64,000 nt of DNA, taken from positions 576,001 to 640,000 of the forward strand of contig OZ252243.1 of the NCBI GenBank assembly GCA_965249555.1. The letters are read 5' to 3'. The notes beneath the pieces are model-generated. The model did not search any database and was not told the DNA's origin. It saw only the letters and a program-made list of their open reading frames with translations. How positions within the stretch are numbered: the stretch's first letter is position 1; each line of letters starts with the position of its first letter. The stretch is from Nitrosopumilus sp. (GTDB taxonomy: Archaea; Thermoproteota; Nitrososphaeria; Nitrososphaerales; Nitrosopumilaceae). Both the position numbers and the translations under genes were made by a program. Below are positions 19,889 to 29,175 of this stretch, in pieces.

Positions 19889-20758
19889 ATGAAAATAGCG
19901 CGATTACTACATGGAAATATTGAAACATATGGCTTTGTAAAAGGAGATAAAGTATCTACAAAAGATGAAATAACTTTTCTAACAGGAGTCCCAATTCCGT
20001 ATAATGTGAAAGATTTTCTTTTTGATGGATGGTATGATGAAATTAAAAATAAAATTGAAGATTTGCCATACAAAGAAAATATTTCAAAATTTAAATTATT
20101 ATCACCAATCCCAAATCCAAACAAAATAATCTGTTTGGCATTCAACTATGCTGACCATGCTGAAGAACAGGGACTACAAGCACCTGAAGATCCAGTTATT
20201 GTAATTAAACCACGAACAGCACTAACTAGTACTGAATCAGATATCGTATGCCCAGATTTTGTTTCAAAGTTAGATTATGAGGTAGAATTAGCCGTGATAA
20301 TTGGAAAAAACTGCAAAAATGTGAGTGTAGAGGATGCATCAAAGGCAGTATTTGGATACATGATATTCAATGACGTTTCGGCAAGAGATATTCAATTCAA
20401 AGACAAACAATTCACCAGAGGAAAGGGTTTTGACACATTTGCACCATGTGGACCATGGATTACAACATCTGATGAAATCCAGAATGCTCAAAATCTAAAA
20501 CTGACAACCAAAATTAATGGAGAATTAAGACAAAACTCTTCTACAAACAAAATGTTTATAAAAATTCCAGAAATTATTTCAAAAATTTCCAAAGTCATGA
20601 CTTTGGAGAAAGGAGATATTATTTCTACTGGAACACCTGCGGGAGTAGCATTAAACAATCCAAATGTAGTATTTTTGAAAGACGGGGATAAAGTGGAAAT
20701 GGAAATTGAAGGGCTTGGAATTTTGAATAACACAATAAAATTCGTTAAATCAGATTAA
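19889..20758 (+). CDS. Fumarylacetoacetate hydrolase family protein
   Basis: DYEVELAV, NDVSARD, KGFDTFAPCGP and TGTPAGV motifs. Confidence 0.93.
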   Translation: MKIARLLHGNIETYGFVKGDKVSTKDEITFLTGVPIPYNVKDFLFDGWYDEIKNKIEDLPYKENISKFKLLSPIPNPNKIICLAFNYADHAEEQGLQAPEDPVIVIKPRTALTSTESDIVCPDFVSKLDYEVELAVIIGKNCKNVSVEDASKAVFGYMIFNDVSARDIQFKDKQFTRGKGFDTFAPCGPWITTSDEIQNAQNLKLTTKINGELRQNSSTNKMFIKIPEIISKISKVMTLEKGDIISTGTPAGVALNNPNVVFLKDGDKVEMEIEGLGILNNTIKFVKSD

Positions 20759-21531
20759 ACCAAAGACTTTTTCATTAAATGAAATGAAATTTTAGGTTCC
20801 AATGAATCAAAAATTGGTAATTGTTCTCTAGTCAAAATTTGTATTCGGTCATAGTTTTCTTTCAGACCGTAATTTTGTAGAAAGGAAATTATTTGCAATG
20901 TAGTGTTTTGTGAGCCTGAAAATAATGTAACAATTAAAGTCTTATCAAAATGTTCAGAATCAGTAAGAATTGCAATTGAATTTTTGCCATCCATATTAGA
21001 TTTGACAATTTTATTTTGTTCATGAAATGCAGATAGTGTGGAATCATCAATGGAAAGCCATCTCCAAGATTTCACATAATGGGAGTAGAATTGACGATTT
21101 AGAGATTTTTCAAAGTGGACATTATGATTTGGATTTCTTTTTGGCATAAGAGAGTAAAAATTCCAAGTTTGAAAGATGTCATAATCTAAAGAATTTGCCA
21201 TAGAGTGAGATGAAATGTTTTGAGTGTCAATTAGCATAAAGGAAAATAAGATACCCTTTTCTTTTCCGATTGATTCAGCATGTTTTACCAGTTCAGATGC
21301 AATTTTTTGTCCACGAAAATTAGGATCAATCCTAATCCCTTCAATCCAAATTTGGTCTTTGGAATAAAATGCATGACATATTCCTACGGGAAACTGTTTT
21401 TCAAATAGGAGTAAATTACCTTCAGATAACCAGGAATCCCAAACTTGATCTACATAATCTCCCCAAGAAAAAGTGTCTTTACAAAACTTCAAAATTGGAA
21501 TTTTATCCAAATCATTTGCTTCTCTGATCAT
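20755..21531 (-). CDS. GNAT-family N-acetyltransferase
   Basis: WIEGIRIDPNFRGQKIASEL acetyl-CoA motif. Start probably 21531. Confidence 0.85.
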   Translation of the reverse strand: MIREANDLDKIPILKFCKDTFSWGDYVDQVWDSWLSEGNLLLFEKQFPVGICHAFYSKDQIWIEGIRIDPNFRGQKIASELVKHAESIGKEKGILFSFMLIDTQNISSHSMANSLDYDIFQTWNFYSLMPKRNPNHNVHFEKSLNRQFYSHYVKSWRWLSIDDSTLSAFHEQNKIVKSNMDGKNSIAILTDSEHFDKTLIVTLFSGSQNTTLQIISFLQNYGLKENYDRIQILTREQLPIFDSLEPKISFHLMKKSLV

Positions 21532-21582
21532 CACAGTCACTATGTACAAAGCAATATTAAGAATAATCAAACAAAAATTACA

Positions 21583-21891
21583 ATGGGAAAAATCATAGCC
21601 GGTAAAATATCAGATATTCCTCCTGGAAAGATGATCAAGGTATCTATTGATGGAAGAGATGTCTTAGTTGCAAATATTGATGGAGAATATTGTGCAACAG
21701 ACGATTCTTGTACTCATTCAGGTTCCAGCCTATCAGAAGGGAAATTGGATGGATGTTCAATCACATGTGGTTGGCACGGCGCGCAATTTGATTGTAAAAC
21801 AGGAAAATTGGTTAAATTCCCAGCAAAAATTAGAGATTTAACATCATACAACGTCGTAGTAGAATCAGACGATGTGTTTGTAGAGATGTGA
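21583..21891 (+). CDS. Rieske-type [2Fe-2S] ferredoxin
   Basis: CTH...CGWHG. Start ATG 21583. Confidence 0.92.
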   Translation: MGKIIAGKISDIPPGKMIKVSIDGRDVLVANIDGEYCATDDSCTHSGSSLSEGKLDGCSITCGWHGAQFDCKTGKLVKFPAKIRDLTSYNVVVESDDVFVEM

Positions 21892-21927
21892 CTATATACT
21901 TCTAATTTTTAAGAAAAGGTGTAAAAA

Positions 21928-22197
21928 ATGGTAGACGAGGCTCAAAATAAAGAATCAATGAAAGAAGCAATTGAAACATTAAATCAGATCATTTCAAGTA
22001 ACTCTACTCCAAAGACAATAAGAAAATCAATTTCAGATTTGATTGTAGATTTGAATAAGGAAGAATATTCACTATCAGTAAGAGCTGCAAATACAATTAG
22101 TTTACTAGATGATGTAACACAAGATCCCAACATGCCATCATATGTAAGAACACAGTTGTGGCAAGCAGTTTCAAAATTAGAAAGTATAAGAGAATAA
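21928..22197 (+). CDS. UPF0147 family protein
   Basis: TPKTIRK..DPNMPSYVRTQLWQAVSKLE. Confidence 0.9.
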   Translation: MVDEAQNKESMKEAIETLNQIISSNSTPKTIRKSISDLIVDLNKEEYSLSVRAANTISLLDDVTQDPNMPSYVRTQLWQAVSKLESIRE

Positions 22198-22222
22198 ATT
22201 CTCGCTAGTGTGAATAAAACTA

Positions 22223-22981
22223 TTGAAAATTGATGAATATTTAGAAACACTTCCAGAAAATTTACTTAGTGGAGAAGATGTTCAATTACCAGAAAAATCT
22301 TTTAGAGAAATTTTCAAGTTTGCAGGTTTGGGGGAAAATGATATTTTTTATCATTTAGGTTGTGGCAATGAAAAAGGGATAGAGATTGCAATAAAGGAGT
22401 TCAAAGTAAAAAAGGCTGTAGGAATAGACAACAATCCTGAAAAAATCCAACAGGGAAAAGAAGTTCTTGAGCAAAAAAATATTCAAGGACAGTTAATTTG
22501 TAAGAATATAGAAGAATCAGATATCTCAGATGCGTCAGTTATTTTGTTTTGGTTTACAGATGATAATATAATTAATCAGATGTTGAAAAAATTTGAAAAT
22601 CTAAAACCAGAAACAAAAATAATTACAATTTGGGGGCCACTTCCAGATTGCCTTCCAGATAAAGTAAATTTCCCATACATTATCAACAAAATACCATTCA
22701 AAAAAGCGCAAAGTATGCAAGAACAAGTATTAGCAATTTTTGGTGTAAAATGTATAGATTTTGTCACAGCATGGGAATTTGCAGAAAGATACACAAAATC
22801 CATTGGAACTCAAACTAAAAATGATCGATTTTTAACAATCATACAGACATTGATAATTTGGATCAATGCTAAAAAATTAGGAGTAGCATGTGGTGAAGGG
22901 ATTCCAGAGCCTATTCAAACTTATATCAATATAATGAAAATGCAATTTGATATTGATTTTGAATATCTTTTAAGGGAATAA
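22223..22981 (+). CDS. Class I SAM-dependent methyltransferase-like protein
   Basis: FYHLGCG..AVGID motif-I-like region. Confidence 0.75.
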   Translation: MKIDEYLETLPENLLSGEDVQLPEKSFREIFKFAGLGENDIFYHLGCGNEKGIEIAIKEFKVKKAVGIDNNPEKIQQGKEVLEQKNIQGQLICKNIEESDISDASVILFWFTDDNIINQMLKKFENLKPETKIITIWGPLPDCLPDKVNFPYIINKIPFKKAQSMQEQVLAIFGVKCIDFVTAWEFAERYTKSIGTQTKNDRFLTIIQTLIIWINAKKLGVACGEGIPEPIQTYINIMKMQFDIDFEYLLRE

Positions 22982-23021
22982 TCTGTATAATCCTTTTATT
23001 TTGTTTTGAAATGAGAAGAGT

Positions 23022-23369
23022 ATGGATGCCAGAATTAACATCAATGTCTCTGCAGTGGATTATGATAAAACAAGTAAGGCATTAACTCATCAATTGGTTC
23101 TTTTGGAAGAAATGGTTCACAGTAAGGATGATTTTGTCATGACTGATTCAGAATTTGCTTTTGGATGGCACTTTTTTGTATTAAGTGTAAACAAGTCGCT
23201 TGTTGAAAAATTAATGGAAATGATGGGACCTGATTTTCAGAAATTAAAAGGGAGAGGAGTTGAAAAAAAATTTCTGACATGGTTAACAAAGAATGTAGAG
23301 ACCAAGTCTCCGCGATTCAAACTTGCTATCAAAGAAGAAATGGAATCTGGTAAATTCGGTATCTTTTAA
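23022..23369 (+). CDS. Conserved hypothetical protein
   Basis: Clean 115-aa ORF continuing the operon; no recognised motif. Confidence 0.7.
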   Translation: MDARININVSAVDYDKTSKALTHQLVLLEEMVHSKDDFVMTDSEFAFGWHFFVLSVNKSLVEKLMEMMGPDFQKLKGRGVEKKFLTWLTKNVETKSPRFKLAIKEEMESGKFGIF

Positions 23370-23468
23370 AAATTATGTAGGCCCTCTAGGTGACTTGTCA
23401 TATTAGTTCAAGGTCCTTACAATTTTAGGCATAAAAATGGACGCAGGTAAGCGTAATGTTAGATGAGA

Positions 23469-24581
23469 TTATTTTATCCTATATCGAAGTATGGCTAAAA
23501 CTGAATCATCAATTTCTAATTTTTTAATTATTTTTGGAGAAACTACAAACTCAATCTTAGCTGATGTATTTTTTGCAATCTCCATCATTTTCATAATATT
23601 TTTGAATTGAGAAGTAGTGTGATAGTTTGCAGAAACAATTAGCGTATCTACTGCTCCAATTTCTAATGCCTTGAAAATAATATTATTTCTTTTTGCAGTT
23701 AATCCTTCTTTGACTAGATTTTCATATTTTTCAATAATTTCTCTAACATATTTTCGTCTATGCTGATATAGATGATGGATTATTTTCTTATCAATATCAT
23801 TTTTTGGAGTGGAAAAAGATATAGTTTCTACAAATCGACATTTTTTTACCAACTCTGAATCAAGTTCATCATAAAATTCTGTTTTTGCAAGTCCAATTCC
23901 TCCCAACAAGAGTAATTCAGAATTTGAATCCATCATTCGGACTTTGTTTGCAACTTTCTTGAAGAAAACATGGATTTTGGTTTGTCTTGCTCTTAGAAAT
24001 CTACCCTGACTCTGTCCACCTTTTCTATGTCTTCCTTGTAGGTAAATTCTAAGTTTAGCTTCTTGGATTATTTGACTACCATGAAATTTCTGTATTTTTG
24101 CTGATTTTTGATCAAGTGTTACTAACAAAACATCATAATTGGTTTTCAAAATATCATTGAATGGTTTGATGAATGGTTTTTTACTTGCCATGTAGATATA
24201 AGGAAGTCTTTTGGAGGTGCCAATCACTTTGATGTTCACTTTACCATTTCTTATCCATCCAAAAATGCAGAGGGTTTTTGTAAACTTGCCTACAGAAACT
24301 GGATTTTCTCTAAGTTCTGTGATTCTACTTTCAATTTTTGATTCTATTTTTTCAAACGACTCATTCCTCTTTGTTTCCTGTAGCAAAGATATGGTTTCTT
24401 GTCCCTTGCCATACGGATAATAGATAGACACGCATGGTAAATTGATCTGTTTTATCTCGTGGAGGAATTGATTTAGGGATAGCCACTCAGTTGATGAAAC
24501 CTCAGAAGATTCCAGATTGTTTTTCACATATTTGCATTTTTTCTTTCGTAAAAAAACTAATGCATTTAGAATTAAAGACAC
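23469..24581 (-). CDS. aRF1/eRF1-family paralogue (baeRF-like) with intact GGQ
   Basis: GRHRKGGQSQGRF..FFKKVA, ALEIGAVDTLIVS and AILRY motifs. N-domain lacks NIKS and YxCxxxF. Confidence 0.82.
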   Translation of the reverse strand: MSLILNALVFLRKKKCKYVKNNLESSEVSSTEWLSLNQFLHEIKQINLPCVSIYYPYGKGQETISLLQETKRNESFEKIESKIESRITELRENPVSVGKFTKTLCIFGWIRNGKVNIKVIGTSKRLPYIYMASKKPFIKPFNDILKTNYDVLLVTLDQKSAKIQKFHGSQIIQEAKLRIYLQGRHRKGGQSQGRFLRARQTKIHVFFKKVANKVRMMDSNSELLLLGGIGLAKTEFYDELDSELVKKCRFVETISFSTPKNDIDKKIIHHLYQHRRKYVREIIEKYENLVKEGLTAKRNNIIFKALEIGAVDTLIVSANYHTTSQFKNIMKMMEIAKNTSAKIEFVVSPKIIKKLEIDDSVLAILRYRIK

Positions 24582-24618
24582 AAATTATACATTGGAGAAT
24601 TAATTTTCGGGATAAAAC

Positions 24619-25047
24619 ATGCTTTTCAAAAACATTCTAGTTCCATACGATGGCTCAGGTCATTCAAAACATGCATTCAAAGTAGCTTTGGACATGGCAA
24701 AAAAATACAATTCCAAGCTTTCGATGGTTACTGTCTTGGATATGTCTCCCGGATATTGGGCTCATACCAACCTTTGGGATAAAGCAGTAGGTGGGACTAA
24801 AAATCTTGTAGCAAAAGAGTTTGAATCATTTGAATCTACTGCAAAAAAAGCCAAAGTTTCATTTCGTTCTGAAATTATAGAAAGCAAGTCTGTAACAAAA
24901 ACAATAGTATCTCATTCAAAATCCAAGAAAATTGATCTAATAGTAATGGGTGCTCAGGGAATAACAGGTTGGGATAAATTAGTTCTAGGCAGTGTTACAG
25001 ATAGTGTCGCTCACCGAGTAAGATGCCCAGTTCTTATTGTACGATAA
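24619..25047 (+). CDS. Universal stress protein
   Basis: ILVPYDGS, DLIVMG and LGSVTDSV..CPVLIV motifs. Confidence 0.95.
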   Translation: MLFKNILVPYDGSGHSKHAFKVALDMAKKYNSKLSMVTVLDMSPGYWAHTNLWDKAVGGTKNLVAKEFESFESTAKKAKVSFRSEIIESKSVTKTIVSHSKSKKIDLIVMGAQGITGWDKLVLGSVTDSVAHRVRCPVLIVR

Positions 25048-25121
25048 CTTCATCGTTGAAATCCTTAGAGTCTTGAACCTTTTTGGAGATAATTTAGTAC
25101 GTCAAGGGTCTGGGTTTTAGT

Positions 25122-25679
25122 TCAAGACTCTAACCATTTCAATATCTCAAAAATGTGTTTGTCAGGAGGGAATATTGGATAAAAGACCTTAACTATCTTA
25201 TAATCCTTAACAACCAGTGTTAATCGTTTGTACATTTTCTTGTCCTCAACATTAAACGTTGGAATGTTGAGTCTTTTTTGAAATTCCAATTTGCTGTCAG
25301 ATACTAAAATTTGTGATAATTTTCTTCTGGAAGACAATTGCTCCAAATCATAAATTGGTTGAGAAGAAATTCCAATTGAAATAGCATTAAATTTTTCAAG
25401 GGTAGCATTATTTTCACTGAATGAAATGTTTTGAGGAGTACATCCACGTGCACCAGGAATATCATTCCAACCTAATGGAAGATCTTTTCCTGGCATTATC
25501 ATCATTGGGAAAAAATACAAAATTCCGTATTCTCTATCAATGTTTGACAAATCAAAAAAACTATCTTTTGTAGATGGTAAAATGATGTCAGGTATTTGTC
25601 GTCCTAAAAGATGATTTGCAGTTCCATCGTTTTCAGGAATAGGCAGGTTGTTAGGAAGTTTTGTAAATTCATCGTTCAT
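25122..25679 (-). CDS. Peroxiredoxin/redoxin (BCP-like)
   Basis: WNDIPGARGCTPQ, YKRLTL and FYPIFPPD motifs. Start moved to ATG 25679 to avoid the tRNA. Confidence 0.88.
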   Translation of the reverse strand: MNDEFTKLPNNLPIPENDGTANHLLGRQIPDIILPSTKDSFFDLSNIDREYGILYFFPMMIMPGKDLPLGWNDIPGARGCTPQNISFSENNATLEKFNAISIGISSQPIYDLEQLSSRRKLSQILVSDSKLEFQKRLNIPTFNVEDKKMYKRLTLVVKDYKIVKVFYPIFPPDKHIFEILKWLES

Positions 25680-25730
25680 TTGATAATTGGAATAATACTG
25701 AATCCTATAAGACTTGAAGTGAAAAGTGTA

Positions 25731-25803
25731 GGCCCTCGAGGGGAATCGAACCCCTGTCCGGGGATCCACAATCCCCTATACTAGCCACTGTACTACGAGG
25801 GCC
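25731..25803 (-). tRNA. tRNA-His(GTG), encoded G-1
   Basis: Reverse complement G-GCCCTCG...GGGGA-TTGTGGA-TCCCC...GGTTCGATTCC..CGAGGGC-C. Confidence 0.95.
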
Positions 25804-26075
25804 ACCAAAAGGAAAAATTGTTTATCCTGTAATAATCTTTGAGTTCTAACTGAGAATTAGGCTGTAGATTTATTATTGACTTGTTTGAATTTGAAATATG
25901 CGGTTATGGTGGCTTGCAATGGCAATAGCAATCGGACTAACATGGGTTGGAATGAATTACATACTTCCGTTCAAATAGCCTCAAATTCAAAAATAATTTT
26001 CAATTTTACAACTAGAATTTTTTCATAAAGGTTCAGCGATCGCTTTAAATTTGTTGTATAAGGGTATTTTTCAAC

Positions 26076-27098
26076 TTGAGAAAAGGATTCATTGCCAATA
26101 GATTGCGTTCAGGAAAAAAATCGATAGAGATTCCTATAAAAAGTGAAGTTGAAATCATACAAGCTAAAAAATTTAATTGGATTGATTTACAAAATCCAGA
26201 TAGGAAAGATGTTGAAAAATTAGCTGAACAATATCATTTCAATGCATTAAACATTGAAGATTGTATGACCAGATTTGAACTTCCAAAGCTAGATAGTTAT
26301 GATGATCATTTCTTTGTAATTCTTCATTTTCCACCACTAGCACAAAAAATAGGAATATCAAAAAATAGTCAGTTATCCATATTTCTTGGAAAAGATTTCC
26401 TAGTTACAGTCCATCAAGGAGATCTAAAACCACTAGTGGAACTGGTAGAAATATGTAAAACAGATTCAGATCAACAAAGAAAAGATAGATTATTAGGAAA
26501 ATCTCCAGGAGTGTTACTTCATGAAATCATCGATGTGCTAGTAGATGATCTTCTACATACATCTAGAAAGATAATTGCAAATCTGGATGAAATGGAGGAT
26601 ATAGTATTTGATGAAAAAAAACCAGTAGCAAGAAGTATTGCTTTACTCAGAAGGGAAATTAACAGATTACGAAGGATAGCTAATCCATTAAAGAAATTTG
26701 TATTAGAAATTGCAAAAAATATTAAAAGATTTACTGAAAGAGAGGATGAAGAACTCACGTTATTTTTTGATGATATTATTGACCACATAGACAAAGTAAT
26801 TGAAACATTAGAAGAATCAAGAGAAACTATGGAAATTTACAAAGATACAGACTTTGTGTTAAGTACTGAAAAAACAAACAAAGTACTGGCTGTATTAACT
26901 ATTATCTTCACACTGGCAATTCCATCAACAGTAATTGGGACATTTTATGGAATGAATATTAATTTACCAGGAGGAATTGGGGATGATTCAATGATTTTAG
27001 GTCCATTTACATCTTTGATAATTATTGTTCTGGCATCAGCAATTCCTGCGATCATGATGTTTGCATATTTCAAAAAACTAGGCTGGATTAGTAGTTAA
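26076..27098 (+). CDS. corA: CorA-family Mg2+/Co2+ transporter
   Basis: WIDLQNP and FYGMN signature with two C-terminal TM helices. Confidence 0.93.
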   Translation: MRKGFIANRLRSGKKSIEIPIKSEVEIIQAKKFNWIDLQNPDRKDVEKLAEQYHFNALNIEDCMTRFELPKLDSYDDHFFVILHFPPLAQKIGISKNSQLSIFLGKDFLVTVHQGDLKPLVELVEICKTDSDQQRKDRLLGKSPGVLLHEIIDVLVDDLLHTSRKIIANLDEMEDIVFDEKKPVARSIALLRREINRLRRIANPLKKFVLEIAKNIKRFTEREDEELTLFFDDIIDHIDKVIETLEESRETMEIYKDTDFVLSTEKTNKVLAVLTIIFTLAIPSTVIGTFYGMNINLPGGIGDDSMILGPFTSLIIIVLASAIPAIMMFAYFKKLGWISS

Positions 27099-27207
27099 AA
27101 CAAGAATATTCCATAATTTTTTCTGGTGTCAACTATGAATTTATTCCATAAAAGTCAGGATCGTTTGGAATTATAATTGATAAATACCAGAGAATTCAAC
27201 ATAATTT

Positions 27208-27474
27208 ATGGTTAAAATCAAAGTACGAAGCGGAAGAGGTACAAGAATTATCGATGTAGATAGTGATGCTACCAAATGGACTGGAACTCAGTTTAAAGCA
27301 ATTCAAGCAGCAAGAAAAAAAGCAGCTGAAGATGCTGGGGTAAAGTACGTGACTTCTGGCAGAGGAACTGGTAGAAAAAAATTAGCTGACACTCCTGAAC
27401 CAAAAGATAGAGTAAAGTACAAAGGTAGAATTAGCTCCGGTAGAGGAACAGGTTCAAGAAAAAGTTCAAGCTAA
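27208..27474 (+). CDS. Small basic protein with three SGRGT motifs
   Basis: 88 aa, K/R-rich, followed by T-rich terminator-like tract. Confidence 0.75.
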   Translation: MVKIKVRSGRGTRIIDVDSDATKWTGTQFKAIQAARKKAAEDAGVKYVTSGRGTGRKKLADTPEPKDRVKYKGRISSGRGTGSRKSSS

Positions 27475-27538
27475 GAAAAAATACCACTTTTTCATTTTTA
27501 ATATTTTTTCTTTGTATTATTTGCTAGATTTTGTTTTG

Positions 27539-28204
27539 CTATATTTTGATATTAGGATTTCCAGCTTTGAGCTTTTCCCAATCTGCAAGAAAGTTTTCTA
27601 AACCAATTTTTGTCAATGGATGTTGCATCATCTTATCTAATACTGCAGGAGGTAAAGTTACTACATCTGCTCCAATTTTTGCAGCATCAACTACATGTAT
27701 TGGATGACGAATACTTGCAACAAGTATCTCAGTTTCAAAATCATAATTGTCAAATATTTCTCGTATATCTTCAATTAGATGCATTCCATCTTGCCCAATA
27801 TCATCTAGTCTTCCAATAAATGGACTAACATATTTTGCACCAGATTTTGCAGCAAGCAGAGCCTGATTTGGAGAAAATATCAATGTAACATTAACAGGAA
27901 TTCCTTCTGATGAAAGTGATTTGCATGCTTTCAGACCATCAGGAGTCATAGGAACTTTAACAACCACATTATCTCCATATTCACGAAGACGTTTGCCTTC
28001 TTCCATCATTCCAGAGTATTCTGTACTTACAACTTCAAGACTCACATCACCTTTGATAATTTTTGTAATCTCTTCCATTGCATCTTTAGGATTACCTTTT
28101 TCTTTTGATAACAAAGAAGGGTTAGTTGTGATTCCATCTAGTAATCCCATATCATTGAATTTTTTTATAGATTCTAGATTAGCAGTGTCAAGAAAAATTT
28201 TCAT
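27539..28204 (-). CDS. tal: Transaldolase / fructose-6-phosphate aldolase
   Basis: FLDTAN, GITTNPS, VKVP, NVTLIFS and SPFIGRLDD motifs. Confidence 0.93.
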   Translation of the reverse strand: MKIFLDTANLESIKKFNDMGLLDGITTNPSLLSKEKGNPKDAMEEITKIIKGDVSLEVVSTEYSGMMEEGKRLREYGDNVVVKVPMTPDGLKACKSLSSEGIPVNVTLIFSPNQALLAAKSGAKYVSPFIGRLDDIGQDGMHLIEDIREIFDNYDFETEILVASIRHPIHVVDAAKIGADVVTLPPAVLDKMMQHPLTKIGLENFLADWEKLKAGNPNIKI

Positions 28205-29175
28205 AATTTTTTGCTCCTAATTTCTTTGACTTGTTTTACCATATTAAAAGATGTTATTCCATGCTTTTCAAAGAGTAAATGAACTTCTTTGTCTCTAGCA
28301 GATTCACCAAACATATCCTGAGCCCCAATTCTCTTTATTGGCACAGGATATGATTCAGAAACAGATTCTGCAACTGCAGAGCCCATTCCACCAAAAATAT
28401 TGTGCTCTTCAGTAGTAACTATGCAACCTGTTTCTCTTGCTGCTTTTTCTAAAATTTCATTATCAATTGGTTTTATTGAAAACATATCCAAAACTCTACA
28501 AGAGACACCTTCTTGCTGTAATGATTCAGCCGCCTCTAAAGCCATTTTAACAGTTATTCCACATGCTGCAATAGTGCAATCAGAGCCATCTCTTAGAGTA
28601 ATACTTTTTCCAATTTGAAAATCTTGAGATTCTGAATGAATCAAAGGAGTTTTGGATCTTGCCATTCGCATGTAAAATGGACCATACTCATTGGCCATTA
28701 AGTGAGTTAATTTAGAAACTGAAATAGTATCAGATGGAATAAAAACTCGGAAATTAGGAATAACTCTCATTATTGCAATGTCCTCAAGTTGTTGATGAGA
28801 ACCTCCATCAGGCCCAACAGACAAACCTCCATGAGAGACAACTAATTTTACATCAAGTCCTTTTTTGCCTTGTGGTGAAGGATAAGCAATATTATTTCGA
28901 ATTTGATCAACTGCTCTTCCTGGCAAAAATATTGCATAAGTACTAGCAAAAGAAATTTTTCCAGACGCTGCCAATCCAGCAGAAACTGTAACAAGATTTG
29001 CCTCAGCAATCCCAACATTGAAAAATCTATCAGGAAATTCTTTTCCAAAGCCAGATGTCTTTAGTGAATCAGTTGTGTCTGCACCTAAAACTACAACATT
29101 TGGATTCTCTTTTCCAATTTGAATCAAAGTTTTAGAGTATTCTGAACGCATATCAGTCATTATTGGTTCATTCAA
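28201..29175 (-). CDS. Transketolase C-terminal subunit
   Basis: [15 protein letters not shown] and [10 protein letters not shown] motifs. Confidence 0.93.
   Translation of the reverse strand: MNEPIMTDMRSEYSKTLIQIGKENPNVVVLGADTTDSLKTSGFGKEFPDRFFNVGIAEANLVTVSAGLAASGKISFASTYAIFLPGRAVDQIRNNIAYPSPQGKKGLDVKLVVSHGGLSVGPDGGSHQQLEDIAIMRVIPNFRVFIPSDTISVSKLTHLMANEYGPFYMRMARSKTPLIHSESQDFQIGKSITLRDGSDCTIAACGITVKMALEAAESLQQEGVSCRVLDMFSIKPIDNEILEKAARETGCIVTTEEHNIFGGMGSAVAESVSESYPVPIKRIGAQDMFGESARDKEVHLLFEKHGITSFNMVKQVKEIRSKKL

Larger units (their letters stand above)
23376..25744. mobile_element. Putative tRNA-His-integrated islet bounded by an att-like direct repeat
   Basis: TGTAGGCCCTCTAGGTGA (23376-23393) versus TGTAGGCCCTCGAGGGGA (25727-25744, tRNA-His 3' end), 16/18 identical. 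No integrase inside. Confidence 0.6.

Noticed and set aside
25680-25769. N-terminal extension of the peroxiredoxin ORF
   Set aside because: Runs through tRNA-His; ATG 25679 is the sensible start. The Rli1 extension into the 5S gene (33096-33200) was dropped for the same reason.
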